Source: an uncultured virus (IMG/VR IMGVR_UViG_3300031565_000019) (taxonomy: Duplodnaviria; Heunggongvirae; Uroviricota; Caudoviricetes). From it: a stretch of DNA of 20,000 nt. Below are positions 1 to 9,705 of the stretch, piece after piece. The notes under the pieces are model-generated. The model did no database searches. It was given only the letters and a program-made list of their open reading frames with translations, and was not told the origin of the DNA. The position numbers and the translations under genes are program-made. Location: the IMG/VR virus record IMGVR_UViG_3300031565_000019; one strand, given 5' to 3'. Each line of letters opens with the position of its first letter. The first letter of the stretch is position 1.

Positions 1-53
1 TTGGCTTGCTTTAGAAACAGGGGCGCTTTGTGCTTATGATAATGACTGGGATA

Positions 54-332
54 ATGTATGAGATAGCAAAAATATCATTAATAGCTTTTATGTTCTGTGC
101 TTTAGGGCAGAAGAAAGGAGATATATTTCATTGGTATCAGAGGTTATTAAAACGATTACCTGTCTATGTCGGCAAACCTTTTGGTTCATGTTACAAATGC
201 TTTACAGGGCAGGTTTGTCTTTGGTATTTCGTAATCACAAAACCATTTAAGATAATTGAACTCTTATTTTTCGTTTCAGCAGGGATAATGATTGCAATGA
301 TTTATAATAAATTTTATTGTTTGATTAAATAA
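54..332 (+). CDS. Small membrane protein with CxxC motif (phage hypothetical, DUF1360-like)
   Basis: ORF 30..332, more likely starting at ATG 54. Two to three hydrophobic stretches and GSCYKC motif; stop overlaps next ATG (TAATG). Confidence 0.55.
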   Translation: MYEIAKISLIAFMFCALGQKKGDIFHWYQRLLKRLPVYVGKPFGSCYKCFTGQVCLWYFVITKPFKIIELLFFVSAGIMIAMIYNKFYCLIK

Positions 333-3300
333 TGGCAACCTATTACATAGCAACTCCCGCAAATGGGGGTGATGATGCTCACTCAGGTACGATTGGCGAA
401 CCGTGGGCAACATGGCAAAAGGGTTTTGAATCTCTTGTCGCAGGAGATACTTTATATATCGGAGGTGGTGAATATTTAACAATCGGTTCACTTAAATCAG
501 GTGAGTTCGTAGGTGTCTATGAAGGTACACACAGCGGAGCTCCAGGCAATTTTATTAATGTCTTTGCTGCTCCTGGTGAAGTACCGATACTGAATTGTAT
601 TGGTATTGTTGAACCGTCTATCAATCATAACGGAATTCTTTTAGAGAATATTAATTACTGGCATATTAAAGGGCTGAGAATCAGAAATGTCAAAGAGGCA
701 ACTGGGAAACTTGCCATAGGGATTAATTTATATAAAGTCTGTAATTCAACATTTGAGAACTTACAAATATATGATAATGGAAGCGGGTTTGTTGCTTCGG
801 GTTTCTGTGATGGAAACCTTGTAAAAAATTGTGACTCGTATGATAATCAAGATTTCACAGACGGGGGAAATTTTGCGGATGGTTTTACATTTGGTCTTTA
901 TGGTGCCGGTGCTGCTTGTCATAATGTTTTTGATGGCTGTAGGGCATGGCATAATTCGGATGATGGTTTTGATTGTTATAGTTCTGATGGTTCTTATCGG
1001 GGTGGTTATATAACATATAAGAATTGCTGGTCATTCAATAATGGCTATACAGGAGGTAATGGAGCAGGATTTAAGGCTGGTCAGTCTTATTCTCCTAAAG
1101 AAATAGGGATTCAAAGAACATATCAGAACTGTCTGTCATTTAATAACAGCGGATATGGATTTGATGAATCTCAGGATATTGCAGCTTATATGGATATGAA
1201 CCTATTCAATAACGTTGCATATAATAATGGTAATGATGGGTTTGCATTTGGCTATACGGCTGGTGGAGGTGTGATAACACTTAGGAATAATATTGCATAC
1301 CTGGATAATGTTGGATTAAGAGTTGATTGTGTGCATGATCATAATTCATGGGATAGTGCTGTCACCGTTACCGATGATGACTTCTTGTCTGTTGATACAG
1401 CAGGAACCGACGGAGCACGACAACCTGACGGCAGCTTACCTGATCTTAATTTCTTGAAATTGGCAGATGGAAGTGATTTAATAAATGCAGGTGTAGATGT
1501 CGGATTGCCCTTTGAAGGTATAGCACCCGATTTAGGCGCTTTTGAATATTCATCCAAGGGAAGTCCCCCGGTAGTTCCTATAACATGTTCAGAGTCTGAT
1601 GTTGATTTTATAGAGACAGCAGGCAGTTTCTATGAAATATCACCCGGTGTTTGGGGAAATGGAACAGGTTATGGAAGTTCGGATAGTTATCTTGATGTTT
1701 CAAATGACGGATATTATGCAGCAATTTATGCAGCCAAAACGGCTAATTATAATTCTGTAATTGGCCTGGATCATCTTAATACACTTATGGATTATTCCAG
1801 TTTTGATTATGCTTTGTATGTAAACTCTGATGATTTATACAGGTGTATAGTTAATGGTTCGTATATTGATCTTGCAATAGCAGCAGTTCCCGGTGAAAGA
1901 TATGCTTTATTCAGGAATGGTGATGTTATTACTGCAAAATATTATGGGGGTGGGGAATGGCATACGCTTTACGTTTTTCCGGCAACAACTAATGATCCGC
2001 TTTATATTAAGGGATCTTTAGCAATGGCTGACAAGACGCTTGTTAATCCAGTTTGTTGTACTACTATAACCAGTCCTCCTGTATCGCCTCCAGTTAGTCC
2101 ACCAGTATCACCCCCGGTAAGTCCACCTGTTTCACCTCCCGTGAGTCCTCCGATAAGTCCTCCCGTGGAACCACCAGTTAGTCCTCCAGTTTACAGAACG
2201 CCTGTAAAAATTGGAGATATTAAGGTATTAATATCTCGATGTGCTGAAGGAATATATTTACGCTGGTATTTTAATGGCTGGCATTATTTTAACTTCCAGA
2301 ATGGTTATGATATAACTATGCAAACCGAAAGCATGGGAATCCAGGTAACTAATTTCTTTTCGGTTATTTCAAAGATAGAACGTGACACGAGAATAAAATC
2401 TGAATATGCATATCAGGTAACATTGCATGGGATCACTCCCGAAAACGTTCCGGGTTTTACGGGATTGTTGCTGGCGGAGCAGGTCGAACAATACGAAGAT
2501 GAGCAATGGAGAATTGTTGAAATTACCAGAGGCGATCATCTGATAAAAGAGGAAGGGACGAATGGGTATATCCTTGATTTTGAAATTACCAGAAAGGAAC
2601 TACCTGATTCGTCTTCGGTTTATCAAAAGAATTTAAGGCTTTATATCGGGGACACTCTTTGTGATATGGATGATGACGAAGTTATACCTGTAAACAAGCA
2701 AGTAAATAATATTGCGGAAATGCAGGATAGGCAGTCTGACTTCACGGCTCAGTTCAAAATACGAAAGACACGGGCGATGCGGGCTCTTTTCGAGTTGTCC
2801 GGAGAGGTCGGAGCGAATACTCTCTTCCCTTATCGGCAGCACGAATGCCGGGTTGTTCAGGATAATATAGAAATGATTACCAATGGCATATTAATACTTG
2901 AGAGAGTTGATGATCAGTATTATTATGTCTCAATCTCTTCCGGGAATATGAATTTTTTCAAGACTATTGAAACATTAAAATTATCTGATCTAACATTGGC
3001 TGGGATGGTACATAATTGGAATGCAACTTTTATGGCATCCACGCACGCTTGCACGAGTCCTAATTGTGATATTGTATATCCGTTATGCGAGCCTTCAGAT
3101 GATGGCAGTATTGCACCCCTTACAGATGATGGGGACAAGGTAGAGATGTACGGAGGTTGGATATGGCCTTTTTGCCGGGTGAAAGCTATATGGGAAGAAA
3201 TATTTGAGAACGCAGGATATACTATTACGGGTGGTGATATTCTTGACAGTGATATTTTTGAGAAACTGTTTATGCCTATTAGCACACGGAAAAATAACAA

Positions 3301-4540
3301 TACGGATGCTTGGCTTTATTCGATGTTTTGGGGAGGCGCACATGGAGCCACACTTAATGACGTTTTAGGTGCGACTGATTTTCCGGGGACAACACTGATA
3401 CTTGGCAATGAGCTTTTTAGACTCGGTTGGTATGAAACACCTCTTACAGCTACATATACTATCCATGTAGGGATTATTACTTTAGCAGGAGTAGCAACAC
3501 TTTCGCTTTGGAATCACGCAGCATACGTTGGGGATTTTCGAATAGTTGATTGGGGCATAGGGATAACGAATTACGAAATAGAATATGTCGGAGTGCCACT
3601 CGACCATTTAAACATACGCACGACAGCAGCCTATTATTACTATTTTTCCGTTAATATAACAAAAATAGAGGATGCATTGATAGCATACGGATCAGATGTT
3701 GATCCACGTTATCATCTTCCGCAGATGACACAGATAGATTTTGTTAAGATGATCTGTAATTTATTCGGTTTGGTTCCTGAAGTGATAGCACGTGACAGAA
3801 AAATAAGATTCTGGAATTATCAGGAACTTTATGACAATATGATCATTGCACGGGATTGGAGTAATTATTTATCTGAACGTGATGATGAGGTAGAGTTCAA
3901 GTTCGGAGATTACGGACGCAATAATTATCTGAAATACAAAGAATCACAGGATGTTATAAAAGACAATGGGAAAGGGAATATGCCTATTGAAGATGAAACG
4001 TTACCGGAATCAAAGGATATTGTGCAACTCAATGTTTCAACTTGTGATGAGGTAACTATTCTGGAAGATGATTTCAGCGTTGACGTTTCTCGAATAGCAT
4101 TTAATAAGTGGTACGAAGATAAAACTGACAAGGCTAATTCACATTATGATTCCAATGAGAGCATTGATCCACGTATCGTGTATGTTGATGTTATTCCAAT
4201 ATTTTCACCGCCAGACCCTAAGAGTTTATGGATAAGGCCTACCGCTGCTCCTCTCGCAGGGATATTCGCTGCCCCTTCACTCGAAGTTGTCAATCCAAAG
4301 AAAGCATCATCACTCGAAGTGTCGTTCTCGAACCTTATAGTTTACTATGCAAATATTTCAAGGATGCTCACAAAAACCAACCTTCGTAGGTCTAAATTCA
4401 ATCTTCCGGTTTACGAGGTTGCCGGATTAAAACATAATATACCAGTATATTTGCGACAATACAAGGCTTATTTTTATGTTAACAAGATCAGTAATTATGT
4501 TGCAGGGCAATTATGTACTGATGAACTTATAAAATTATAA
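332..4540 (+). CDS. Large tail-associated protein: N-terminal PL9/pectate-lyase-like right-handed beta-helix, SPPV linker, C-terminal distal-tail/baseplate-hub-like region
   Basis: Motifs GTIGEPWAT, AGDTLYIGGGEY, GGNFADGF, GCRAWHNSDDGFD, GNGAGFKAG, LINAGVDVGLPFEGIAPDLGAFEY in the first ~405 aa. The C-terminal part (LRWYFNGWHYFNF, QSDFTAQFKI, LPQMTQIDFVKMICNLFGL, VYLRQYKAYFYVNKISNY) resembles Bacteroidota siphophage tail proteins. It sits next to the tape measure gene. Confidence 0.75.
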   Translation: MATYYIATPANGGDDAHSGTIGEPWATWQKGFESLVAGDTLYIGGGEYLTIGSLKSGEFVGVYEGTHSGAPGNFINVFAAPGEVPILNCIGIVEPSINHNGILLENINYWHIKGLRIRNVKEATGKLAIGINLYKVCNSTFENLQIYDNGSGFVASGFCDGNLVKNCDSYDNQDFTDGGNFADGFTFGLYGAGAACHNVFDGCRAWHNSDDGFDCYSSDGSYRGGYITYKNCWSFNNGYTGGNGAGFKAGQSYSPKEIGIQRTYQNCLSFNNSGYGFDESQDIAAYMDMNLFNNVAYNNGNDGFAFGYTAGGGVITLRNNIAYLDNVGLRVDCVHDHNSWDSAVTVTDDDFLSVDTAGTDGARQPDGSLPDLNFLKLADGSDLINAGVDVGLPFEGIAPDLGAFEYSSKGSPPVVPITCSESDVDFIETAGSFYEISPGVWGNGTGYGSSDSYLDVSNDGYYAAIYAAKTANYNSVIGLDHLNTLMDYSSFDYALYVNSDDLYRCIVNGSYIDLAIAAVPGERYALFRNGDVITAKYYGGGEWHTLYVFPATTNDPLYIKGSLAMADKTLVNPVCCTTITSPPVSPPVSPPVSPPVSPPVSPPVSPPISPPVEPPVSPPVYRTPVKIGDIKVLISRCAEGIYLRWYFNGWHYFNFQNGYDITMQTESMGIQVTNFFSVISKIERDTRIKSEYAYQVTLHGITPENVPGFTGLLLAEQVEQYEDEQWRIVEITRGDHLIKEEGTNGYILDFEITRKELPDSSSVYQKNLRLYIGDTLCDMDDDEVIPVNKQVNNIAEMQDRQSDFTAQFKIRKTRAMRALFELSGEVGANTLFPYRQHECRVVQDNIEMITNGILILERVDDQYYYVSISSGNMNFFKTIETLKLSDLTLAGMVHNWNATFMASTHACTSPNCDIVYPLCEPSDDGSIAPLTDDGDKVEMYGGWIWPFCRVKAIWEEIFENAGYTITGGDILDSDIFEKLFMPISTRKNNNTDAWLYSMFWGGAHGATLNDVLGATDFPGTTLILGNELFRLGWYETPLTATYTIHVGIITLAGVATLSLWNHAAYVGDFRIVDWGIGITNYEIEYVGVPLDHLNIRTTAAYYYYFSVNITKIEDALIAYGSDVDPRYHLPQMTQIDFVKMICNLFGLVPEVIARDRKIRFWNYQELYDNMIIARDWSNYLSERDDEVEFKFGDYGRNNYLKYKESQDVIKDNGKGNMPIEDETLPESKDIVQLNVSTCDEVTILEDDFSVDVSRIAFNKWYEDKTDKANSHYDSNESIDPRIVYVDVIPIFSPPDPKSLWIRPTAAPLAGIFAAPSLEVVNPKKASSLEVSFSNLIVYYANISRMLTKTNLRRSKFNLPVYEVAGLKHNIPVYLRQYKAYFYVNKISNYVAGQLCTDELIKL
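2072..2191 (+). repeat. Ten tandem 12-nt coding units encoding (S/E)PP(V/I) proline-rich linker
   Basis: SPPV x6, SPPI, SPPV, EPPV, SPPV, with codons synonymously scrambled (agt/tcg/tca, cct/cca/ccc/ccg). Confidence 0.95.
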
Positions 4541-4542
4541 TC

Positions 4543-6576
4543 ATGGCTACAGAAGAAAAAAAATACTTAGTAAATATTGAGAGCAATCTTGACAAGTATA
4601 TCAAAGAGGCGGAACTGGCAAAAAAGCGAGTTGATGAACTGAAAATTGCCAATATGTTAATGACCAAAGACACGCCACGTGATGAGGTTGAAAGGAATAA
4701 TGCTGCATTGCGTGACGCACAGAAGGATTACAGGAATGCAACAAAAAGTGTTGATCTGGCAACTCAGGCTAATAAAGCACAATCCGGCAGTTATGAACAA
4801 CTTTATAAACAATGGCAGTTAGCTCAGACACAGCTTAAGTTAATGGGGAGTGCTTATACTGTTGATGCAAAAGGGATAAGAATATTATCAGATAAATATA
4901 TAGAAAACAAAAAAGCTGTTGAGGATGCAAAAAGAGCTCTTGATGCTTTCGGGAAAGGTATTGCAGACAATAGGTTGAATGTGGGTAATTATGGTGAAGC
5001 GGTAAGTCAGGCATTCTCAGATGTAGGAAAAAGCATGATGGCAATGCTGGGGCCAGCAGCATTAGTGACGGCTGCTGTTGCTCTGGGCAAGAAAATATTT
5101 GATGGTTTAAAAGAGGCTATCATGTCAACGACATTTGCTATAAACATAATGAATATTGCAGGAGAAGTAACTAAACAAATATTCTATGATATTGCAATAA
5201 ATGGAAAATTTAGTGCTGAAAGTATAATGTCAGTCGTACAAGCAACAAGAATATTGAATGAATTAAGAACAGAACAATATAAAGTAGATTATGAGTTAGC
5301 AAAAATAAACAGAGAAAGGGCATCCCTTGAATTAACTGCACAAGATCAAATGGAAACCACATCTGTTAAGCTGGCAGCATTAACTGAAACAAAAAAACTG
5401 GATGCCATAGCTACAAAAATGGAAACGGATCAATTAAAAAAAGAATTAGCTGCTGTTGTTGATCTTATAAAAACACGCCCTGAAGATGAAAAATTACGTG
5501 CAAGAGCTTATGGCTTAATGGCTAAAATAGAAAATGCCTATGCAAGATCCGATCAGGCAATGAAAAGAGTTGAAAGCAGGAGATCAGGATTTCTTAAACA
5601 AGAAATAGCCGATCAGGAAAAAAGAGTTAAAATGACTGAGGCATGGTATGAGGAAATTGAACAAACGAATATAGCGAACGCAAAAAAGAAGGACGAGGAA
5701 ATTAAAAAGGATTTCAAACGCTGGAGTGATTACTGGGATAAGATTGATGCTTTAGAAGTAGAACAAAATAAAAAGAAGGACGCAGGAATCGAAAAAGATT
5801 TCAAACGTTGGAGTGATTATTGGGACAAAAGGGATGCTCTGGAAGCAGAACGAAGTAAAAGGGATATATCGGCAGGATTTGAATTACAAAAAATAATGGC
5901 GCAGGGCAATCTTGATGTATTAAATATTATTCTTGATAATGAATATAAAGCATTAACTCAAAGTGTTGAATATCAAAGATTGACAAATAATGAAAAATTA
6001 CTTGCAGATCAACAATATACTGATGCCAAAAGAGAACTTTCATTAATAAGAATGGATCAGCATTTATGGGAAGCTGATTTGATTGGTGATATAGCTGGTT
6101 CATTATCTAATTTATTCCAGAAGCAAACAGTGGCTGCAAAAGCACTTTCTGTATCACAGGCATTAATAAGTACATATACAGCAGGCGTTAAAGCAATGGC
6201 AGAACTACCATTAGGATCAGGGCCGATTTTACGCTTCCTTACTTTAGCTTCAGTAATTGCTGCTGGTCTGTTACAAGTTAAAAATATACTTGCTGTAAAG
6301 GTTCCGGGGGGCGGAGGAGGGGGCGAATCGGCACCGGCAGCAATATCGGCCTCAATGCCTGCAATGAGAATATACGCTCAACCAGTGGGGGCAACTTTCC
6401 TGAATCAACCACAATTAACACAGCCACAGATCAATGCATTGCCTAATCAAAATCTTTTGACGGCTGCCGATATAGCTGCTGCAATAAGTAAATTACCACC
6501 ACCGATAGTGACGGTCGAGGACATAAATGCAAAGACAGCGAGTGTGAGGAAAATTGAGGTTCGTGGAACGATATGA
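4543..6576 (+). CDS. Tape-measure-like tail protein
   Basis: 677 aa, Ala/Lys/Glu-rich helical. GSYEQL...RLNVGNY motif typical of Bacteroidota phage TMPs, hydrophobic segments, C-terminal PPPIVTVEDIN. Confidence 0.8.
   Translation: MATEEKKYLVNIESNLDKYIKEAELAKKRVDELKIANMLMTKDTPRDEVERNNAALRDAQKDYRNATKSVDLATQANKAQSGSYEQLYKQWQLAQTQLKLMGSAYTVDAKGIRILSDKYIENKKAVEDAKRALDAFGKGIADNRLNVGNYGEAVSQAFSDVGKSMMAMLGPAALVTAAVALGKKIFDGLKEAIMSTTFAINIMNIAGEVTKQIFYDIAINGKFSAESIMSVVQATRILNELRTEQYKVDYELAKINRERASLELTAQDQMETTSVKLAALTETKKLDAIATKMETDQLKKELAAVVDLIKTRPEDEKLRARAYGLMAKIENAYARSDQAMKRVESRRSGFLKQEIADQEKRVKMTEAWYEEIEQTNIANAKKKDEEIKKDFKRWSDYWDKIDALEVEQNKKKDAGIEKDFKRWSDYWDKRDALEAERSKRDISAGFELQKIMAQGNLDVLNIILDNEYKALTQSVEYQRLTNNEKLLADQQYTDAKRELSLIRMDQHLWEADLIGDIAGSLSNLFQKQTVAAKALSVSQALISTYTAGVKAMAELPLGSGPILRFLTLASVIAAGLLQVKNILAVKVPGGGGGGESAPAAISASMPAMRIYAQPVGATFLNQPQLTQPQINALPNQNLLTAADIAAAISKLPPPIVTVEDINAKTASVRKIEVRGTI
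5683..5856 (+). repeat. 87-bp (29-aa) tandem duplication within tape measure gene
   Basis: KKKDEEIKKDFKRWSDYWDKIDALEVEQN / KKKDAGIEKDFKRWSDYWDKRDALEAERS; copies start at 5683 and 5770. Confidence 0.9.
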
Positions 6577-6803
6577 ATCTATTTGTATATATAAGCCATA
6601 ATATTGACTTGATTAAATATCTTGTCCGGATAGGTCTTATTCCTTGCGGCATTTTAAAGCATTGGCAAATTTATAGCAGATACGATTATTATAAGAAGAT
6701 TGGGAATGAAAATTATAAATCTGTGCTATTTACAGCAGAGGACATGGGTGTACAGGAAAATTGGGTTTATTGTATTATCAGAAAAATGGAGACTGAATTA
6801 TGA
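6573..6803 (+). CDS. Small putative helix-turn-helix DNA-binding protein
   Basis: 76 aa; C-terminal TAEDMGVQENWVYCIIRKM fits an AExxGVSxxxVYxII HTH pattern. ATGA overlaps on both sides. Confidence 0.5.
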   Translation: MNLFVYISHNIDLIKYLVRIGLIPCGILKHWQIYSRYDYYKKIGNENYKSVLFTAEDMGVQENWVYCIIRKMETEL

Positions 6804-7564
6804 AAATAACACAGGGTTACTCATCTATTACGATGAATGTAATTGGATTTTTAAAAATGCACAAATTAAGATTATATGATAATATGAATGAGCCACTTGT
6901 TGTATTTGGCTGTTATTCAGATAAGGATGTAGAGACAATTAAAAATCACAAATCAATCGTAGTAGTTCAATGGGAGGGACTTGATTCAAAAATGAAGAGT
7001 AATCCTTCAATTTTTACTGAGAAGAATATAATAAATGTAAGCCCTCATCCCAATATTAAAAAATACCTTGATTCAAAAGGAATACAATGTCATCTAATAA
7101 AATGGGCAATCGATGAAACTTTGCAGCCACAAATTTTAGGGAATAAAGTATATAGTTATGTGAATAAAAAAACTCCGGTATATTATGGTGGAACTTTAAT
7201 TAATAAATTAAATATTCCTTTTGAAATTTTAATTGGCGATTATAGTATAAGTCATACCGATTGGAGAACTGGCGGATGTGATGAATTTTATCCGAAATGT
7301 TTTATTGGATTGGCATTATCAGAATATGCAGGGGGTGGGACAAGTATAGTTGAATTAGGATTAAGAGGGATAAAAGTCATTACAAATATATTGAATTTGC
7401 CTCATACAATTAAATGGAATACAATTAAAGATATTGAAGATGCCATAAATAAAGAAGCCGAAAATATAGGAAAAATCAATACATCACTTGCAGGGAACGT
7501 TTATAATAATGTTCTTTCTGATGAAAAATTAAAATGTTATGATTTAGACCAATTAATAATATGA
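6800..7564 (+). CDS. Putative glycosyltransferase (GT-B-like)
   Basis: C-terminal FYPKCFIGLALSEYAGGGTSIVELGLRGIKVITN resembles the GT-B donor-binding segment; first of four coupled genes. Confidence 0.55.
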   Translation: MKITQGYSSITMNVIGFLKMHKLRLYDNMNEPLVVFGCYSDKDVETIKNHKSIVVVQWEGLDSKMKSNPSIFTEKNIINVSPHPNIKKYLDSKGIQCHLIKWAIDETLQPQILGNKVYSYVNKKTPVYYGGTLINKLNIPFEILIGDYSISHTDWRTGGCDEFYPKCFIGLALSEYAGGGTSIVELGLRGIKVITNILNLPHTIKWNTIKDIEDAINKEAENIGKINTSLAGNVYNNVLSDEKLKCYDLDQLII

Positions 7565-8286
7565 GAATTTTAGTAACTGCATTTGCATACAATGAAATGA
7601 AGTATATCCCGGAAATGGTAAATTACTATCGTAATCAGGGATGCGATCTTTTAATACTTGATAATTATTCCACCGATGGTACATTTGAATGGTTACAGAA
7701 AAATGGAATAAAAACGAGGCAGATAAATACTAATGAATCATTTCATTTAGGGATTTTACAAACAGAATTGCTTAAAGATATAAAAAAAGAATCACCTGAT
7801 TGGGTGGTTTATACCGGGATTGATTTTTATTATATTTTTGATAAGACTATCAGAGAAACAATATTGGATGCTTCAATGCTGGGTCATAATATAATTGAAG
7901 TGAGACATTGCACAGCTTACAATACCGGAGAAGAAAGAGGATTGCCGCTTCAGAATTATTTTTTTCACATAGCAAGAAACCGGAATTTGCAACTGATAGC
8001 AAAATATGATCAGGGATTTAATATTTTCGCAGATGATATTAAATTAAAATTCCCAAATGTTTTTAAGCCTGATGGGTTTTCTATAAATTATGGATGCTGT
8101 AAATCTGCAAAAGAAAGAGAAGAAACATTTGCAAGACGAAAGAAGGCATGGGATAGCGGAATGACAAAGGGTTGGGGAACGCATTATCTTGTCGGGAAAG
8201 AAAAGAATTGGATTTGGGAAAAAGAGGAATTAATTGATATTCGTAAAACAGATGATTGGAAATATATTCAAAAAATTTTATTATGA
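7561..8286 (+). CDS. Glycosyltransferase family 2-like (GT-A)
   Basis: N-terminal ILVTAFAYNEMKYI...LLILDNYSTDGTFEWL, and DWVVYTGIDF at the DxD position. Confidence 0.75.
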   Translation: MRILVTAFAYNEMKYIPEMVNYYRNQGCDLLILDNYSTDGTFEWLQKNGIKTRQINTNESFHLGILQTELLKDIKKESPDWVVYTGIDFYYIFDKTIRETILDASMLGHNIIEVRHCTAYNTGEERGLPLQNYFFHIARNRNLQLIAKYDQGFNIFADDIKLKFPNVFKPDGFSINYGCCKSAKEREETFARRKKAWDSGMTKGWGTHYLVGKEKNWIWEKEELIDIRKTDDWKYIQKILL

Positions 8287-9041
8287 TAATTTTAATCACT
8301 CCTACTGGCGCACGTCCACGACAAATAGAATTATGTGCACAATTTATGAAAAATCAGGATTACAAAGGCGTTGTCCTTTGGATAATTATTGATGATGCCG
8401 TATTAAGAACAACGGATTTTATCAAAGACGATTTCAAAAAAGAATGGATTATTAAAAAAATATATCCTGTTCCTTCATGGAGAATTGGCCAAAACACACA
8501 AGGACGAAATATTGCGGCCGGGATAAATTTTATAAAGGATTATAAAGACATTGAAGCGATATTTATTATTGAAGATGATGACTATTACACTCCTTCCTAT
8601 TTAACAAAAATGGTAAAGAAACTCGAAGGATACGATATTGCCGGGGAAATGTTTACATTTTACTATAACATAATTATAAGAAGATATACTGTCTGTCGGA
8701 ATACATGGTCGAGTTTATTCCAGACAGCTTTCACTCCGGCAATTATTCCTATTTTGGAAAAATTATATGGAATGAAATTTATTGACATGGAACTTTTTAA
8801 ATTAGTAAATAACAAGAATCTTTTTAAAGACGAGTATCTGGCAATAGGAATAAAAGGGCAGCCCGGGAGGGCAGCGGTCGGCCGTGCACATGGTCGGATA
8901 ATGTCGTGGACAGCCGATCCTGAACTGAAAAAATTAAGATCATTAATTGGAGAAGATGTAAATTATTATCTTAAATATTATGGCATGGATTTCCGATCAA
9001 ATATTTTAACTGGAAGAAAATCATTGCTCCACAGAAAATGA
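8283..9041 (+). CDS. Glycosyltransferase family 2-like (GT-A)
   Basis: Start re-assigned to ATG 8283 (ATGA overlap). LITPTGARP, WIIIDD, IFIIEDDDYYTPSYL motifs. Confidence 0.75.
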   Translation: MIILITPTGARPRQIELCAQFMKNQDYKGVVLWIIIDDAVLRTTDFIKDDFKKEWIIKKIYPVPSWRIGQNTQGRNIAAGINFIKDYKDIEAIFIIEDDDYYTPSYLTKMVKKLEGYDIAGEMFTFYYNIIIRRYTVCRNTWSSLFQTAFTPAIIPILEKLYGMKFIDMELFKLVNNKNLFKDEYLAIGIKGQPGRAAVGRAHGRIMSWTADPELKKLRSLIGEDVNYYLKYYGMDFRSNILTGRKSLLHRK

Positions 9042-9550
9042 GAATAGCAGTATTGGGCCTCGGAGAATCGAGAAGTTTGTTTAATTCATCAGAGTATGAA
9101 TTATCAATAGGTGTTAATGATATTTGGAGATATATTCATACGGATTATGTTGTCTGTGTAGATTATCCACGAGCTTTTACACCAGACAGAATAAAGGTGA
9201 TTAATGAATGTAAGCCAAAGATATTTTTCAGTCAGTTCCTGCAATGGGAAACGAGGCCGGATTTTGAGAAGATTCATATAGCGGCCGGATATCCGGATTT
9301 TATTTGCAACCTGGATCAACTGACTTATCAGAAATCTTATTGCAGCCCGTTTATTGCCACGCAGGTAGCATACAAGAGGTTCGGGGCGACTGAAATACAT
9401 TTGTTTGGTGTCGATCTATTAAATCATCCGCATCTTAATATTACCTTATGTGCCAAAATCAAAGTTCATTTTACTAATCTGAAGAAAGCTTTGCAGTTGA
9501 AGGGGTGCAAATTAATTATTTATGGCGAGGGAATTCTAAAAAATATTTAA
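9038..9550 (+). CDS. Sialyltransferase/MAF-like (DUF115-type) Rossmann-fold putative glycosyltransferase
   Basis: IAVLGLGES, SIGVND, DYVVCVD, SPFIATQVAYKRFGATEIHLFGVDL pattern. Confidence 0.6.
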   Translation: MRIAVLGLGESRSLFNSSEYELSIGVNDIWRYIHTDYVVCVDYPRAFTPDRIKVINECKPKIFFSQFLQWETRPDFEKIHIAAGYPDFICNLDQLTYQKSYCSPFIATQVAYKRFGATEIHLFGVDLLNHPHLNITLCAKIKVHFTNLKKALQLKGCKLIIYGEGILKNI

Positions 9551-9557
9551 AGATTTA

Positions 9558-9587
9558 TTTGTTTATATCAAATATTGTGTATCTTTG
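9558..9587 (+). promoter_or_regulatory. Bacteroidota sigma-A type promoter (-33 TTTG / -7 TAnnTTTG) driving the array RNA
   Basis: TTTG at 9558-9561, 18-nt spacer, TATCTTTG at 9580-9587. Predicted start ~9592-9594. Confidence 0.7.
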
Positions 9588-9592
9588 TAATT

Positions 9593-9696
9593 GAGAATGA
9601 CAAAATGCAAAAAATTATTATTTACAATATTGCCCCGCGGCATTAATCCCATTGAAGTCTGGTCATTCTCCTTTGATGGTTTTTTGTTGCGGGGCA
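9593..9696 (+). ncRNA. Structured leader RNA: long hairpin whose loop is complementary to the transcript 5' end
   Basis: 9631-9642 pairs with 9685-9696 (12 bp, 2 G-U). 9649-9657 pairs with 9671-9679 (9 bp, 2 G-U). Loop GTCATTCTC 9662-9670 is the exact reverse complement of GAGAATGAC 9593-9601. Confidence 0.6.
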
Positions 9697-9705
9697 CGTT
9701 CTTTG

